NCBI GenBank assembly: GCA_904394215.1
Contig: CAJFNF010000006.1
Span: 289-64,288, forward strand
Length of the DNA stretch: 64,000 bases
Origin: an uncultured Faecalibacterium sp.
Lineage (GTDB): Bacteria > Bacillota > Clostridia > Oscillospirales > Ruminococcaceae
Direction of reading: 5' to 3'
Part shown: positions 63,861-64,000 of the stretch, in pieces
How positions within the stretch are numbered: the first letter of the stretch is position 1
Layout: each line of letters begins with the position of its first letter
Program-made: the position numbers and the translations under genes
The notes under the pieces: generated by a model
Told to the model about the DNA's origin: nothing
Seen by the model: the letters and a program-made list of their open reading frames with translations, nothing else
Databases searched by the model: none

Positions 63861-64000
63861 TCAGGTCATGAGTGCCAGGCGAAGCTGGGCTTTCACGGCA
63901 GGGTCAGCATTGTTCAACATGTCCAGCAGTGCCGACATTGAGATAGTAGCGTCACTGGTCGACTCGGGGGGTTGGGAGGACTTGTCGGCGTCCTTGTAAA
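63861..64000 (-). CDS. 3' end of an unidentified gene entering from beyond the window
   Basis: The minus frame is open from the window edge and gives ...YKDADKSSQPPESTSDATISMSALLDMLNNADPAVKAQLRLALMT, with its stop at comp. 63861-63863. Only 46 codons are visible, so no family can be assigned. Confidence 0.3.
   Translation of the reverse strand, partial: YKDADKSSQPPESTSDATISMSALLDMLNNADPAVKAQLRLALMT

Noticed and set aside
1-64000. Window-wide look for CRISPR arrays, IS elements/transposases, rRNA genes, toxin-antitoxin pairs and known defence-system genes
   Set aside because: No repeat-spacer arrays, terminal inverted repeats with transposase ORFs, rRNA signatures, or recognisable defence or TA proteins were seen. 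The only mobile-element hint is the region beyond tRNA-Lys, reported separately with low confidence.

Overview
GC-rich, gene-dense chromosomal segment with Firmicutes/Clostridia hallmarks: T-box leaders on thrS and trpS, TTGACA/TATAAT-type promoters, GGAGG ribosome-binding sites and lipobox lipoproteins. Gene content resembles high-GC Oscillospiraceae/Ruminococcaceae-type anaerobes, but the taxon cannot be determined from the sequence alone. I call about 57 protein-coding genes, one tRNA-Lys(UUU), two T-box leaders, and several promoters and rho-independent terminators. Most content is housekeeping: thrS (partial), trmB, an AlaX-type editing protein, malQ, mtnN, ychF, an OmpR/histidine-kinase pair, rpe, a DEAD-box helicase, pstSCAB-phoU and a PTS-EIICB/nagB/nagA cluster. 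It also includes prmA-rsmE, a patatin-like lipase overlapping a ptsI-like gene, an M24 aminopeptidase, a complete his operon (fused hisZ-hisG, hisD, C, B, H, A, F, IE, PHP-type phosphatase), a MATE exporter and trpS. I found no CRISPR array, IS/transposase, rRNA or clear prophage genes. The many long ORFs antisense to these genes are high-GC shadow ORFs. Five things are most worth a second look. (1) A stand-alone RnfD/E/A-like membrane core has no RnfC/G/B genes and has lost the Fe-S-ligating cysteines; it is stacked with DUF4015-like and DUF1015 genes. (2) A pair of COG0523 (G3E GTPase) genes lies divergent from an M24 peptidase: one carries a modular His/Cys-rich insert, the other has a degenerate P-loop fused to a CC-motif DUF1980-like domain. 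(3) Three tandem ~82-nt units each hold three hairpins preserved by compensatory changes. (4) A 600-nt ORF-free locus contains two promoter-to-terminator units, candidate small RNAs. (5) 11-bp-phased direct repeats and a converging partial ORF lie just beyond tRNA-Lys at the window edge. All functional calls rest on my own reading of the translations and motifs; no database search was run.
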